From assembly GCF_001194135.2 (NCBI RefSeq), contig NC_068988.1, positions 78,300,017-78,364,016 on the forward strand: 64,000 nt of DNA, written 5' to 3'. Under the pieces are notes generated by a model, which worked only from the letters and a program-made list of their open reading frames with translations, was not told where the DNA came from and did not search any database. Shown here piece by piece: positions 48,961-62,902 of this stretch (its first letter is position 1; the number at the start of each line of letters is the position of its first letter). Both the position numbers and the translations under genes were made by a program. This stretch comes from Octopus bimaculoides. Its lineage: Eukaryota.

Positions 48961-50269
48961 AATATTTAATTACCTGTTGTTACATTCTGAGTTCAAATCT
49001 GACCAGGGTTAACTTCACCTTTTATCTTTTTGGAGTCAGTAAAGTACAATTAATGGAACCAACTGAAAATAAGCTGTACTTTCTCTCCCTATGTCTTTGT
49101 CTTCAGTATTCCAACTTATTTTTTGACAAATGGCTTTGCTCTAGTTTATAAATTTATTTAATAATGTGATAAATATTTACAGTAGCCTAACTAATTCATG
49201 TTTATAAATATGTTTTGTGACACTAAATGTCACAACTGAGTGAATAAAGCAAGAAATGTTAGATTTACTTCAGACTGAGGTTGAGGTGAAGAACTATTAG
49301 GTTTCCATTTGTTTTTGAGATTGAGCTGAGGAAGTATTAGTTTCTCTTTACTCTGGTTCCTTACAAGGATTAATTTTTATTTCTGAGAAATGTTTTAGAG
49401 TGTAAACAAAACCTAATGTGAGGCCTGTTGGTGTGTGTGCTTAAGTTTCTTTTACAAGGAGAGGACCATAGGTCAGAGTATTACTTTTCATCACAAGATG
49501 GTCCTTCATCAAAGAATTGAAGGGCCTTGCAATGAACTTTAGTTACTTCTTTGCCTGGCATATTAACATATTTGACTTTCAAAAGTCTGGTGTCAACTAG
49601 GACCATTGCTAAATTATCTCTACTACTTCTAGTAATTAACTATAATTAACTATAAATGCTTCATGACTTCCAATCCCCTTACATCTTGTTCTCTTTTGCT
49701 TATTACTTCCTGATGATAATTCTTACTTCTGCATCTCTTATAAGTTTTGTTGTTTATTTTGTTGACTGTAGTAATACTTGTAGTTGTATAGTAATTAATG
49801 GTAGTAGTAGATTTATAGTTATTATAGTTGTAGTTGTTATTAGGGTGATACACTGGCAGAATTGTTAGAGTATCAAACAAAATATTTTGTGGTATTTCCT
49901 CTGGCTCTTAATGTTTTGACTTCAAATTCCACTTTGGTGTCAAAAAAAAAAAAAAAAAAAAAAAAAAGAAGTACCTGTCAAGTACTTGGGTTAATGTTAT
50001 CAGCTAATTCCGTTCAAAATTGCTGACCTTGTGCCCAAATCACTGTTATCATCATCACCACCACCATCATCATCATCATCATTTGGGTGGTGGATTTGGC
50101 AAAATCATTAAAACATCAGAAATTATATTCTGTTATATTCTGAGTTCAAATCCCACCAAGGTCAATTTTTATCTTTCATCCTTCTGGGGTTTATGAAATA
50201 AAGTGCCACTCAAGCACTGGTATCAGTATAATTTGACTAGTCCCCCTACCTAAGATGCATCCTGTTATT

Positions 50270-50540
50270 TGTATGATTTGGGAGCCTCAGCTCAGACTGT
50301 TTGGACATGTTGGATCCTGTATATTGTTTCCTTCTCTGAGGATTCAGTGAGGTTGACAGCTCATGTTGGTCAGCCACATGTCACATGGTCACAGCAGATG
50401 AGGAAGTATTTTCAGAGATGGGGACTGGCAGGGACACTGTTCAGAGAATTGCCTGGAATGACCCAAGCAAATACCAACAAAGGGTGGATACAACTACGTG
50501 CTGCCAGAACACATGCCCCATACCTGGCCTAACCTATCTT
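50270..50540 (+). mobile_element. 3' end of a second RTE-like LINE family
   Basis: Frameshifted RLFGHV..GQPHVTWSQQM..FSEMGTGR..RIAWNDP..YQQRVDTTTCC, ending CCCCATACCTGGCCTAACCT. Confidence 0.6.
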
Positions 50541-52714
50541 AAAACTTTTGGCCTTGTGCCAAAATCATCATTATTATTATATTGGTTTAAAGATACCTTT
50601 CTCCTTTCCTGTCATCTGTTTTGGAGACTCAGAAAGCAGTATGGTTATAGATGCTGACTTTTTCTTTTTGACTAAACAGTAGAAAACTGAGTTTGCAGTT
50701 GTATGCTGCACACAGGTGAAGATACTAACAAAGAGAGACAGTGTGAAAAGAGGACTGTGAGAACCAGTAGAATTATTGAACATTGAAGCTATTGAGTTTG
50801 ATGTGAGAGATAGGGTTGGATGAAAGTCAAATAATTTTGGTGTAATTTAGGCAGAAGGCAAAATTAGAAGAATGTGGAGAAGAGAAACTTTGCGCTAGAG
50901 TTTAACACCGTCATGTAGCCCTTAGGTGCCTTTACTCATGCCCCCTTTATTGCATGCATTTAAACATATTTTCTGGTCTCTATCAATTTCAGATCCTGCA
51001 AAGTGTCATGGGCATTGTTGTTTCTCTTCTGATTAAGCAATGATGAATGAGCATGATAATAATAATTAAATGAACATCTTCCTTACTGTAATGGGTTGGA
51101 TGGTCTAACAGGATCTGAAGGATTAGAAGATTATATTATGCTCCAATGTCTGCTTTAGGGTAGTTTTCATGCCTGGATTTCCTCTCTAATGCTAACCACT
51201 TTATGCAGAGTACTAGATGCTGTTATGGTACCAACTCTAGTGGGGTTACTTGGAACTTGCAAGACTAAAAGGAGAAGGGAGGGGATGTGATAGTTCTTGA
51301 GAGTATAAAGTTTGCTAAGTGGAACAGAATTATTATTGTGAGAAAGTATTAGTGGAGAGAGTAATAAAGTAGACACTACTAAGGGAGTATGGAAGGAGAA
51401 AGGGTTAGTGAAAAAAGAGGGGATAAAGTGGAAAGATAAGGTGGGTTGTGTAGAAGGGTCCAGGGCTATTCCACTCAGTAATGGCAAGCATGGGTGAAAG
51501 GAAACATGAGAGGACGAGATAAGGGTGGTAAGAGTCATGAGAGTGAAAGAAAGGTGTGAAGATCATGGAGAATTCTAGATGGGGAGAAATTATAGAACGT
51601 ATTGAGGAGGTAGTGGTGAAGCTGTAGAGAGGAGACAGTGAGAGAAAATAAGGCAAAGGATGGGGCAGTAGTGGGGAAGTACAATGAGAGAATTGAAAGA
51701 ATGAAAAGGTGGATGTTATCACAGAGGCAGGAGAGAAAAGAAGAGTATGGAGAAATGAATGGTGAAGTGAATGATATATAAGTGTAGACACCAACTTAAA
51801 AATGCTAGAAAATAAAGTGTGTGGGCTTGACAATAAAGATAGGTTTTGAGATAAACCTGTAAGGTTTATAGTTCTATGGCCCTACATTATAGAGAGTTTG
51901 TTATATCAGTATCCAACAGACTAATTGCCAAACAGGATGTTTTATAGTCTCTAGTTTGCTACCACACCATTTCAGGTTCAAATCACTTCAAAATTGCTTT
52001 TAGTCACAAAGCAAAGACACTTTTAAGACTAAACAAAACATCATACTTGTGTTGGATTAGGAATGGCTTTAGGCTGAGCAAAAACAACCGCACAATAAAA
52101 TTTGCCATATTAATTTTTCCTCAAGTGAAAATACCAAATACTTTCTAAATGGTAAACCCATTTTCGTTAATTTTATTCCCAATATGTGGTCCAGCCTAGC
52201 CTTAAATTTCATAACTAAAACTGAACTAAACAACTAACATTTTAATACTGTTTCTGTTGTTTCTTGGAATGCCACATCTACTGCTACTACTATACTACCA
52301 CTACTGATACTTCCTACCACCACTACCACTGCCCCTACCATAAACATCATCACCAAAACCACTTCAACCACCCATCTGCAACTTTTACTACATAACTATC
52401 AGTCAATGAGGCCTTAGTGTGGTTACTTGGCTTACTAGAGATAGCAGTTAAATTTCCTTCAGATCATATCTTAGGAAAGAAACACCTGTGGTTTTGGGTT
52501 GATTGTGTACCTAGTAAAATATAGAAGACAGGATTGGCATGTCTAAAATGTCTTCATTTGACTACTTAACAACTGTTATCATCTCTCCTTTCTCACAGGA
52601 AGTTGGTGGTGGAGATGAATCTAATATATAAATACTAATGTTGAATGTCACTGTTGGAAAAGCAGCACACTGGTTTATTGTACAGAGATCAGTAATAGTA
52701 GCAGCAAGAAATAA

Positions 52715-52770
<56 letters not shown>

Positions 52771-53266
52771 ACCTGTGTCAGTCTTGTGTGTAAAATAGCC
52801 AGGAACTGAGCAGCTTGATTATTATTCTGATGTGACATTTTTTATATATTTGTATGTGTCTACTGATGAGTGTATGTGTTAGCTACCTCTACTGTGGTGG
52901 TGGTTGGGGGGTTAGATGTGATAAAATTTTGCAAATCTTTTCATTTAGTTATTGTTAAAATCATATATATATATATATATATATTTGCCACCTCTTCTGT
53001 GTTCGGCTGCTGTTGCTCCATGGGTTTATTTCGTTAATGTATTTTTGATGTTGTTGATTATCAGTTGAAATTGTTACATTTGAGCTCCTGTTAAAATTGA
53101 ACTGTTGTCGTCGTTGACTAAAATTTTCACCCTACAGGGCGGAAAATTATTTTTGCACAACTTGTTGGACTGTTTTGTACCCATTGCAGGGTAAAAAAAT
53201 TAATTTTTGTCATTTTGACAAAATATATTTACAATTCTTTCCGGAATTCGGAGGCCATTTGTAAAA

Positions 53267-53625
53267 ATGGAATTAAACCTATTTTCAAATATTGACTTTC
53301 TGTACTCAAACGAGGACTCCCCGGCAATGAAAGGAAATAACCAAGTTTCTAATCAGGAAGAAAAGGAAAAACCCAGTTTCTCTGCTGCTGTTAGTGGTAA
53401 CTTTTCTGAATTGGAGGTGTCCAAGGAACAACTAATTAAGTTTAGAAACCTTATTAAAAAAAGTGACAATGAAACAAAACTGTTGCCACCACAGGATATG
53501 TAACAAAACTGAACTGCCATAACAGTAGTCTTTAAGATATATAACCTGAAAGAGAAAAGAATTATGTCTGTGAAGAATGAGGTGGTAGAAAAGTGCCTCG
53601 CCCCCGTCTTTCATCATAAGTGAAT
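53267..53625 (+). pseudogene. Unassigned disrupted ORF, possibly the ORF1 start of a LINE
   Basis: ATG-initiated 78 aa (MELNLFSNIDFLYS..PSFSAAVSGN..KLLPPQDM), continuing in the same frame past two stops as TAITVVFKIYNLKEKRIMSVKNEVVEKCLAPVFHHK. Protein-like composition but no recognised domain. Confidence 0.35.
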
Positions 53626-54005
53626 ATTAACAGTATTTCTTTCTAAGTTTTACTGTTACATTCTCTTCCTATAAATAATTCCAAAAACCTTTCTTTCCTA
53701 GTTTCATGATATTTGTTATTTTCATATGTTAGTGACTATCCTCCTGCAAATTAAACTCACCTATGCTGTTAGAAGGGTCAGCTGCTTCCTGATTTATGAA
53801 AGAGACCAACAAAGCAGCCTCAGAAACAATACTTGTTTTGATAGGGAACTAAAACCCACTTCTGGGTTATATAACTATTTTCTAAAGCTACAGTCTTTTC
53901 TGCTTTTGTTTTACCTTGTTTTTAGTTTCACACATTAATTAAACTATTGGTGGTGGCTTTAATAACGAGGCCAAAAAGATTATTATTAGCAGAAAATGTT
54001 CAATT

Positions 54006-54037
<32 letters not shown>

Positions 54038-54086
54038 TGCTTAACGTCCATCTTCCATGCATGTTTGAAGATTTCAACTGTTAGCA

Positions 54087-54091
54087 GCAGC

Positions 54092-54137
<46 letters not shown>
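54087..54137 (+). repeat. (AGC)n-(AGT)n trinucleotide microsatellite, representative of dozens of (TA)n, (TG)n, (CT)n and (CAT)n tracts
   Basis: Direct inspection. Confidence 0.95.
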
Positions 54138-54138
<1 letters not shown>

Positions 54139-54670
54139 ACTTGAACTGGAGACAGACGTGATTGGTTAGTTTTGGGCCATAGATATGTTTGGATGCAAAA
54201 GTTGAGGTCACTTGCTGTGAACAACTGCTGTTCACATACTTATGGCCATTGTTGTAATCACTTTTGTCTTTATCATCATTTGATGTCATGGTTACTAATG
54301 GTTACCATCATAGTCATTACATTAGTTATGTGATTTATTTTTAAGACTAACTCAAATTTAGCGGTGGCTGTAGTTAGTCAATTGCGTTGACATCACTACT
54401 TAACCAGCACTTTATTTTATTAACACCAGATCTTTCAGCTACTGAAGATTTTCTTCTCATTGTGAAGAAATTGATGAATACTTCTGAATCACTTCCACAC
54501 ATTATATTAACTTCTTTTGCATATTTAGTTATGAAATTGATGTCTTTATAGGAAAATGTTCCAAAATAAACTTGTGTGATTCTTACAGTGGCCTTGCACA
54601 AAGGAGCCTCTTTTTTGCCACTTCTTGATCTCTAGAAATAACATCCAAATTTTCTACATACCATATCTAA

Positions 54671-54903
54671 CTATTTGAACCCCTGAGTATGCTACAACAG
54701 GTGTAATTTCATTTGAGTATGTCCCTGAGAGACACAAAAGCAAGCGGTCATGTGGTTTTATGTTTACAGCTGAAAATAATTCTGTCTCTACCAATTAGTT
54801 GAGCCATAAAAAACAAAAACATATGGCTACCTGCTTTTGTGTCTGCTAGGGACATAGTCAAACAACATCACACCTGCTAAAGCGTATTCACAATTTCAAA
54901 GGA
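54671..54903. mobile_element. Palindromic piggyBac-like MITE
   Basis: About 90-bp diverged inverted arms (..CAGGTGT..TATGTCCCT..GACACAAAAGCA..); ends CTAA|CTATTTGAA and TTCAAAGGA|TTAA. Confidence 0.6.
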
Positions 54904-55956
54904 TTAAAAAAGAAGACACATTGTTTAATGCTGACCCAGATTCATTATTTCTGAGGTCATGTCTGGAATGCTTTTGATAGTAAGTCTGCTCAATTAAGGC
55001 TGTCCTTGGGCTAAACAGAGTATGTTTAAGTAAATACTGAAAGTGAGCAGTAGGTGTTGATTAAATGAATTATCACTGTGACAGTTTAGAAAAATATATA
55101 CATACAAGTGTGTGTGTACAAATACATACCTGTCTGTCTACACACACGCACATACATTCATAACTACATATATATGCAATCCTTCCTTTTATCACTCTAG
55201 CATTCATACACCTATTGCTGGTCTCTCACTCACTCTCTCGTCTTCTCACTCCCTCTGTACTGCACTACCAGTGTCACTAAGGATAGCAGTGGCTCTCTTT
55301 GGCTTACCACACATTGCTTCCAGTGTAGCAAAGAATACCACAGGACCTGTCTGACTCTCTCCCCAACACCCTACATCTCCCTCACTCACTCTTATCACCC
55401 TCATTCTCACCATTTTTACTATACACTTAAGAGATCTCACCAGACCTGCATGTGCTCTACCTATATGTCCCACTAGCTATATCAACATCCATTGTTCACT
55501 CACCATTTACCCACCTCTCTCTCTCTTCACTGTACTCTCAAGTGCTGCTGTTACAATAAAATGCAACCTGTACAATCTACTAAGTATGGGCTTATGAAGA
55601 CCCTTTAGTCTCATCATAGAAAGCATAGCAACCTCTCTAGTGCTGGTTCCATGGCAAATGCACTTAGTACTGTCTGTAAAGTGGATGTTACTCAGAAGAA
55701 TACCCAGCCTTAGAAACCAAGCAAAAAATTTCACTCACAAGCAACATGTGGTCCTCTGACCAATCTAGCCAATCTATTGGAACAGAAATGACCCATCCAG
55801 TTCCTGATGATCCACACACACACACACACACACACACGCATGCAGGGAGTGTCATGCATTTATACAGTTGTGGTGTCAATTAGGTCAGCAAATAGTATTA
55901 TTTAAGACATTAGTTCTGACTGTTCTCTGAGTTCAAATCCTGCTTCCTTTCCCTAA

Positions 55957-56020
<64 letters not shown>

Positions 56021-56119
56021 NNNNNNNNNNNNNNNNNNNNNNNNNNNNNNNNNNNNNNNNNNNNNNNNNNNNNNNNNNNNNNNNNNNNNNNNNNNNNNNN
56101 NNNNNNNNNNNNNNNNNNN

Positions 56120-56166
<47 letters not shown>

Positions 56167-56816
56167 CACATATATATATGTATCTATGTATGAGTGAAAA
56201 TATTTTATGTGGTTAGATGATTTAGTGTCTATTTTTCAGCATATTGGCAAAGGGAATTTTTTCTCTTTGCCTTTATTTATATCTATATATGTATGTGTAT
56301 GTATATATAAACAAGCATCAAAGTGCCAAGATAGATTAAATATTTTTAGAAACGAAGGAAATCTCAAATACATTTGAGATTTCCTTCATTTTTAAATATA
56401 TGTAATCATCATCATTTACTCTCCACATTTCTGCTCGCATGGATTAGACAGAAAAGTTGAGGCGAATCTTCTACAGCCAGATTCTCTTCTTGTAACAAAA
56501 CACTCACCTGTTTTCAAGCAAATTTCCCTTTGGCCAGACATGTTTTCTATGCGAGACTAGAAATGAACAACATTGTTTGTACGATAGTGATGCTTGTTTT
56601 ACTGTCATCACATAATATTAAGACTTGGGCCCACACACATGTATATACATACATCATGCATATATATATATATATATGTATATATGTATATTTTGAGATG
56701 GTCATTTTTTTTTTCTTTTACCAAATAAAGACATACACTATATATTCATTCTTCACTCATTTATTATTGTTATTTTATCTTATGCTCTTTGTCTGGAAAT
56801 CTTTCGTCACACTTCC

Positions 56817-56905
56817 GTGACCTCTTCAGTAACCTTTTCCATCCAGACTGGACTAAGCGGAGCAAGAAGATACATGTGGTTGAAAAGGGTTACTGAAGAG
56901 GTCAC
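56817..56905 (+). other. 89-nt hairpin (29-position stem, 31-nt loop)
   Basis: GTGACCTCTTCAGTAACC pairs perfectly with GGTTACTGAAGAGGTCAC, and pairing extends to 29 positions with one G-U and two mismatches. Confidence 0.8.
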
Positions 56906-58654
56906 AAATGGACATGAGATAAAATAAGAACAATGGACATGAGATAAAATAAGAACAATAATAAACGAGTAAAAAGCAAATATATAGTGTTTATTTGGCA
57001 AGGAAAAAAATGACCATCCCAAAATATAACAATATCTGTTTCAATACATGGTTTCATATCAGAAATCTTTCAGCACAAATTCATAAACGTGTGTGTGTGT
57101 GTGTGTATTTAGTAAATTAAATAGCATATAAATGCATAAACAAATGGAAAACAGACACAAAAGGTCATCAAATCCTCATTAGTTATTGGCCAGAAAGTCA
57201 TACACAATTTTGTGCCTTCAACAATAATATTGTTCCCCTCTGATGGTGCTGACAGCAAGAAGCTGCCAGGAAATGGTAAGCCAACAAACAAGGGACCAAG
57301 GATGGCTGAAAGTGAACAAACAAATGAGAAATAAATATGCATTGCAGAAACATGAAATAAATGTTATTCAAAACGAGACTGTTAGTGGATGGATGAGGAA
57401 CAAAGATAAAAACAAACAAGACAAAATGTGAACATATGAACAAACTGAAATAAATAAGCAGAATACAGCGTTAGGGCCAGACATGAGACAAAAATGTGGT
57501 TTAACACCAGGAGGAATATCCTAAAGGATTAGAAACAGGACAACTGAAAAACAGTGAAATGGGTTGGGTCATGTGTCAGTAGTAGGAGAGAGAAAAGTGG
57601 CAGAGAGAGACACAGAGAGCAGAGAAAGAAGGGTCAAGGGAAGGCAAATGGCAGGAACAGATAGCAGCACAGAAGTGTAGAGAAAGAGAGAGAGGATAGG
57701 ATAGGAATAGATGTATAAAAATGTACAAATATATACTCTAAACAAAATAAGGATCACACACACACACATATACACATACGATAGGCTTCTTTCAGTTTCT
57801 ATATAACAAATCCACTTTCAATGCTTTGTTGGTCCCAAAACTACAGTAGGAGATACTTGCTCAAAGTGCCTTGCAGTGGGACTAAACCTAAAACCTCATG
57901 ACTGTGTGTGTGTGTGTGTGTGTGTGTGGCCAGAGACTAGAACTGAGTATATGTGTTGAAAGTGAAGTAGTTATATGCAAGAACCATATTAAGTAATTAA
58001 AGAGACCACAAAACCGTAACGTTAAATTTTCGTTTATTTCATGAGATATCAGTATATTCATTCTATAAATGTGACATAGTCAGTGACTGTCTTGCTGCAA
58101 CTGTTTGAAAGTTAAATGCAAGTTCTTACACTACTTGTGGTTTATTGCTTTTGTTGATCACATATATCAATCTGTATAGAAAGACAACAGGGCAACACCT
58201 GCCCTTTAGTAGGTGAGGCGGGGAAGGTAAAGGAGGAGGATGAAATACTGTAACTGAATAAATTAAAACCTAATTTAAGTGGGGAAGGAAAGCTATGTGT
58301 TTGTCATGTATGTAAACTGATGTCGTCTGCCTTCAAGAAATAAATGCAAAGTGAATTTAACAGGTCTTTTATCTTTTTAAATATCTAATAAGGTCATGCC
58401 ACAATACAAATGCTGTATAATATGCATGTGTTTGTATAATCAAATATAAATACATCATCATCATCATCATCATCATCATTTAAAGTGCACTCTCCATGAT
58501 GATTTTGGATTGGACAGCTTGACAGGGTCTGATGAATTGGAGTTACATGCCAGTGTTTGTTTTGACATGTCATGGTTTGGCTGACAATTGTGAAGTTCAA
58601 ACTTTTGCTTGGAGTATCAGCAGTATATATAAATATATATATATATATATATAA

Positions 58655-58728
<74 letters not shown>

Positions 58729-60276
58729 TCACACATATGGATATCTGTGTTTGTGTGTGTGTTTGCATGTGTAAATCACACAAACACACACACATATATA
58801 AATGTGTTATATATGAAACACGTATACTTATAATAAGCAGCAGAAAGCTGCCTCAGTGTGATGTTCTTGTGAGTTCATTCAATGCTGACAGAATATTACT
58901 GTCAAATTCAGCTCTGTCAGCAGAGGCAAACACACATGCACTGTACACATACACATGACATAACCACACATGCACAGACACATTCAGTCTTTAATGTTAT
59001 ATAATAGAAAGGATAATATTTGCCTTCTCACTTTTGGAAATTGTGAGTTTGAACTCCTTGCATATTTGATTACTTGTATGACACTAGCTGTTTACTTTCG
59101 ATTTTATAAGGTAGTGGAAATTCTCTAATATTAGAGCTGTAACTATTTTGGTGGATTATATTTCTGTTATCTTCTACTTGTTTTTCGCAGAGGGATAATT
59201 CCATAGTAGATATGAATAGAAACCTGATGAAAATTTCTCTCTTTGTTTACTTAATCTATCGCAAGAAGAATTCCATAATTATTGCTATAATGGACTTATA
59301 ACTGTAAATGTGATAACCAAAATACCTCATATATATAATAGGCTTTTTTTGCTTGTTTGGTTTGTATTGATGATTCCTGTTGACTCGCTAAATTTTCCCT
59401 TCTATGGTGTGCAAATAACAATCATTTTTTAAGTTACTTCAAATCTGGTTTCCCCTAAAAATTATTAAATTTTATTTCCATTGCTGTAGCCTAAAATATA
59501 TGTAAGGTCAAGTGCCAAAGACATTATTCTGCTTAGCGAAGGCATCTGGGAAATGTATAACTGCTGTCATTTGCAGAAAAACTACTGTTTTACTGTGAGA
59601 AAAGTGCTGTTGAAGTGTTAAGTGAAATTTGGCAATCAGGATTGAATCTATGCTATGCCCGCATGAAGCCACTGCAAATATGCTGTGGAATAAAAAATTT
59701 ATCTACTGTCATTGAAAAAGTGTCACTGTAAAAATGCAGAATTATCAGAGTCATGGGCAGTCAAAAAAATATGCATGTATAGAAATGTATGAATGAAGTC
59801 TTTAAGATTCACATCAAGGAAGTGCAATAATAATGTTTAGCAATTCAAAACTGAGTAGTGAACTGCAGAATTAGGTCGGCTAATCGTGAGAATCAAATAT
59901 TGATCATTTCGCTAAAAACTGCAGGTGGTATGGGTTATTTCCCTTGGGTTGTTTAAATAAAATATTAATAATATGTAGTAGAAAGAAGGATCCATTGGAG
60001 GAGCCCTATTATCGATTTTTTTTCAACAATCTAAGTATGTGACAAGGTTTCCAGACATGAGTTCTACTCACGTGTCAAGTAAAGTATAAAAGTGATATTG
60101 TCTGCAAAAATTAGAAATTGGACACACAAAAGATCAATATTCAAAGTAATGAAAAATAAACAATGAAACCTGTAAAATATTTCTAAATTCGATGGCTCAA
60201 TTAGTTTCATGAAAATGTTGTATAAACTGTAAATAAGCAATAAATATTATGATTTGTAAAATAAGTATAAGTGATA

Positions 60277-60372
60277 CAGGGTGTCCCAACTGAATGTAGT
60301 GTGGAAGTTTGGTTTCGTTTTTTAAGAATTTTTTAGCATTCAAAGTATTTGTTCATTGTATTGGGACACACG
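60277..60372. mobile_element. 96-bp Tc1/mariner-type MITE
   Basis: TA|CAGGGTGTCCCAA ... TTGGGACACACG|TA. Confidence 0.55.
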
Positions 60373-60700
60373 TATTAAATACGTTCTGGAATCAAAAATT
60401 TTAACTGGAAAAATGCAAAATTATCGGTTATGGGCATTGAAAGTGTACATGCATCAAGAAAATGCAATAATNNNNNNNNNNNNNNNNNNNNNNNNNNNNN
60501 NNNNNNNNNNNNNNNNNNNNNNNNNNNNNNNNNNNNNNNNNNNNNNNNNNNNNNNNNNNNNNNNNNNNNNNNNNNNNNNNNNNNNNNNNNNNNNNNNNNN
60601 NNNNNNNNNNNNNNNNNNNNNNNNNNNNNNNNNNNNNNNNNNNNNNNNNNNNNNNNNNNNNNNNNNNNNNNNNNNNNTATATATATATACACATATGTAT

Positions 60701-61175
60701 ATCATCATCATCATCGTTTAACATCCGCTTTCCATGCTAGCATGGGTTGGACGATTTGACTGAGGACTGGTGAACCGGATGGCTACACCAGGCTCCAATC
60801 TGATTTGGCAGAGTTTCTACAGCTGGATGCCATTCCTAATGCCAACCACTCCAAGAGTGTAGTGGGTGCTTTTACGTGCCACCGGCACAAAGGCCAGTGA
60901 GGTGGTACTGGCAATGGCCACGCTCAAAATGGTATATTTTATGTGCCACCTGCACAGGAGCCAGTCCAGCAGCACTGGCACGATCTCGCTCAAATGTCTT
61001 TACACATGCCACCGGCACAAGTTCCAGGAAGGCAACGCTGGGCACAGGTGCCATCACAATTTCACTTTCGCTTGCCCCAACAGGTCTTCACAAGCCAAGT
61101 TTCGTGTCCTGCATAGGAGCCAGTCCAGCGGCACTGGCAACGATCTCACTCGAATGTCTTTACACGTGCCACCGA
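60701..61175 (-). mobile_element. Relatively young RTE-tail element with internal direct repeats
   Basis: CpG-retaining copy of the tail (CATCATCGTTTAACATCCGCTTTCCATGC on plus); GTGCCACCGGCAC-type motif several times and a duplicated GGAGCCAGTCCAGC..GAATGTCTTTACAC block. Confidence 0.7.
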
Positions 61176-61189
61176 TTATGTTTGTATAT

Positions 61190-62093
61190 TTAATCATAAC
61201 TAAGGGCTATAATGGTTATTTAACGATATAAGTAAAGAGGTATCAGAGACGTTCCCTCTATAGATTTGTATGGAAATTAGAAATTTTAACTCCAAATAAG
61301 TTGCATAGGGCAAATTATGTATTAGAAATGTCCAATAGAAAGACATTTTTAGGTTTGAATTGAAATATGGACTGACCATTGAAATCATTACATAGTGTGG
61401 TGTATTTTTTAATAAATTTTCAATACATAAGAATGAAGTTTTTCATGAGGAGATTGTGTATAAAGAACTAATACTAGATAGTTAATGTAAACAAATGGTA
61501 GAAGTAAAGATGTAAAAAGGGTTAAAGATGGAATATGATGTTTAAATGGGACTTACGTTTCCGGAAAAACTAATATTTGTTATTATGTATTAAATATGTT
61601 GCAGAAAAATAAGTAAAGACAGAAAAATAGTTAATACTACAAATAAAATATCACAGGCTTGGTGTGACTATAAAGATGGAAAAAGTGAAATTGAAATTGA
61701 GAATAAAGATGGGAATACAAAAAGAAAAATAATAAATGTAGGGAAGATAAATGAGCTGGGAAGGGGGAGAGTAAATAAATAAAAAAAAGTTTATTTTATA
61801 GAAGTATTGATGTATTAGGTAATACAGGGATGTGTTTTGGTATAAATAAAAATGTCTTTTAGAGGTAATAATCTAGCTTAGTATTATGTGACAATGATAT
61901 GTAATGGTAGTAGGGTCATAGTGGTATTCCAGTTATTAGGGTGTANNNNNNNNNNNNNNNNNNNNNNNNNNNNNNNNNNNNNNNNNNNNNNNNNNNNNNN
62001 NNNNNNNNNNNNNNNNNNNNNNNNNNNNNNNNNNNNNNNNNNNNNTTAATAATCCCAACTTAATCCCGGGCAAAACCGGGCTATACTGCTAGT
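61190..62093 (-). mobile_element. Helitron/Helentron-like element (spans gap 61946-62045)
   Basis: Minus-strand start ACTAGCAGTATAGCCCGGTTTTGCCCGGG, the same terminus type as 23949. The far boundary is a guess. Confidence 0.45.
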
Positions 62094-62259
62094 ATTCTTA
62101 TAAAATTAATGTGGGATATAGAATATTGAATATATAATATGAATATTAAAATGAAATGAAGTATTGAATGTCTTATTGAATATATGAAATATTGAGTATT
62201 AAATATATAAGGACTAGTATACTTTCCTGCCTCATGGCAGTCATCGAGGTCCTGCCTAG

Positions 62260-62522
62260 GAGTGTATATATACATAAATAAAGCAAAGGTTGTGTGTGAG
62301 ACGTATGCATTTCTACAGTTTTCAACCAGTTTTTACCAAACTTTACTCACACGTTGCTTCTGTGCCATGGATGGTCATGCACTATAATATTTTTCCCAGA
62401 ATTCCTGCGTAATGTGACAAACTGACCGTGAACAAGTTTTTCAGATGAGTTTTTCTCAAAAAAACTACACTTTTCAACCAATTCTCACCCTTTGACTTCT
62501 CCAGTTTTCAAGCAATTCTCTC

Positions 62523-62571
<49 letters not shown>

Positions 62572-62857
62572 TTGTCTCCAGTGTATTTCAATTTTGTCGT
62601 GCTTAAATATCTTTGTCTTCATGCTATTTGTACATTCTCTCTACAACATTACTTTACTTATTTTTAATTTTCTGCACTCTGTCTATTTAAATACACTATT
62701 TACATTTGCCCCACTATCAGAAACCTTTGTGTTATATTGCTTCACTTTTATTCTTTCACATTTGTGTGTGTGTGTTTGCACATTTGAATGTGCACGAGAT
62801 AGTAAAGGACATTTCAATTTCTTTTTCTCTTGATTTCACATATACAGATATGTTTCT

Positions 62858-62902
<45 letters not shown>

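Noticed and set aside
54074-54289. Poly-Thr/Ala ORF on the minus strand
   Set aside because: Translation of an (AGT)n/(AGC)n microsatellite with no splice or homology support.
54374-54601. 75-aa minus-strand ORF (CKATVRITQVYFG...)
   Set aside because: No recognisable motif, TTG start adjacent to a dispersed repeat, and a length compatible with chance.
55355-55420. HPTSP followed by hydrophobic residues, resembling the PLXDC juxtamembrane HPTS motif
   Set aside because: There is an in-frame stop just upstream, the hydrophobic stretch is on the wrong side, and it lies inside a pyrimidine-rich repeat.
59480-59960. Possible decayed DNA-transposon coding region
   Set aside because: All frames are interrupted and I could not match any transposase motif.
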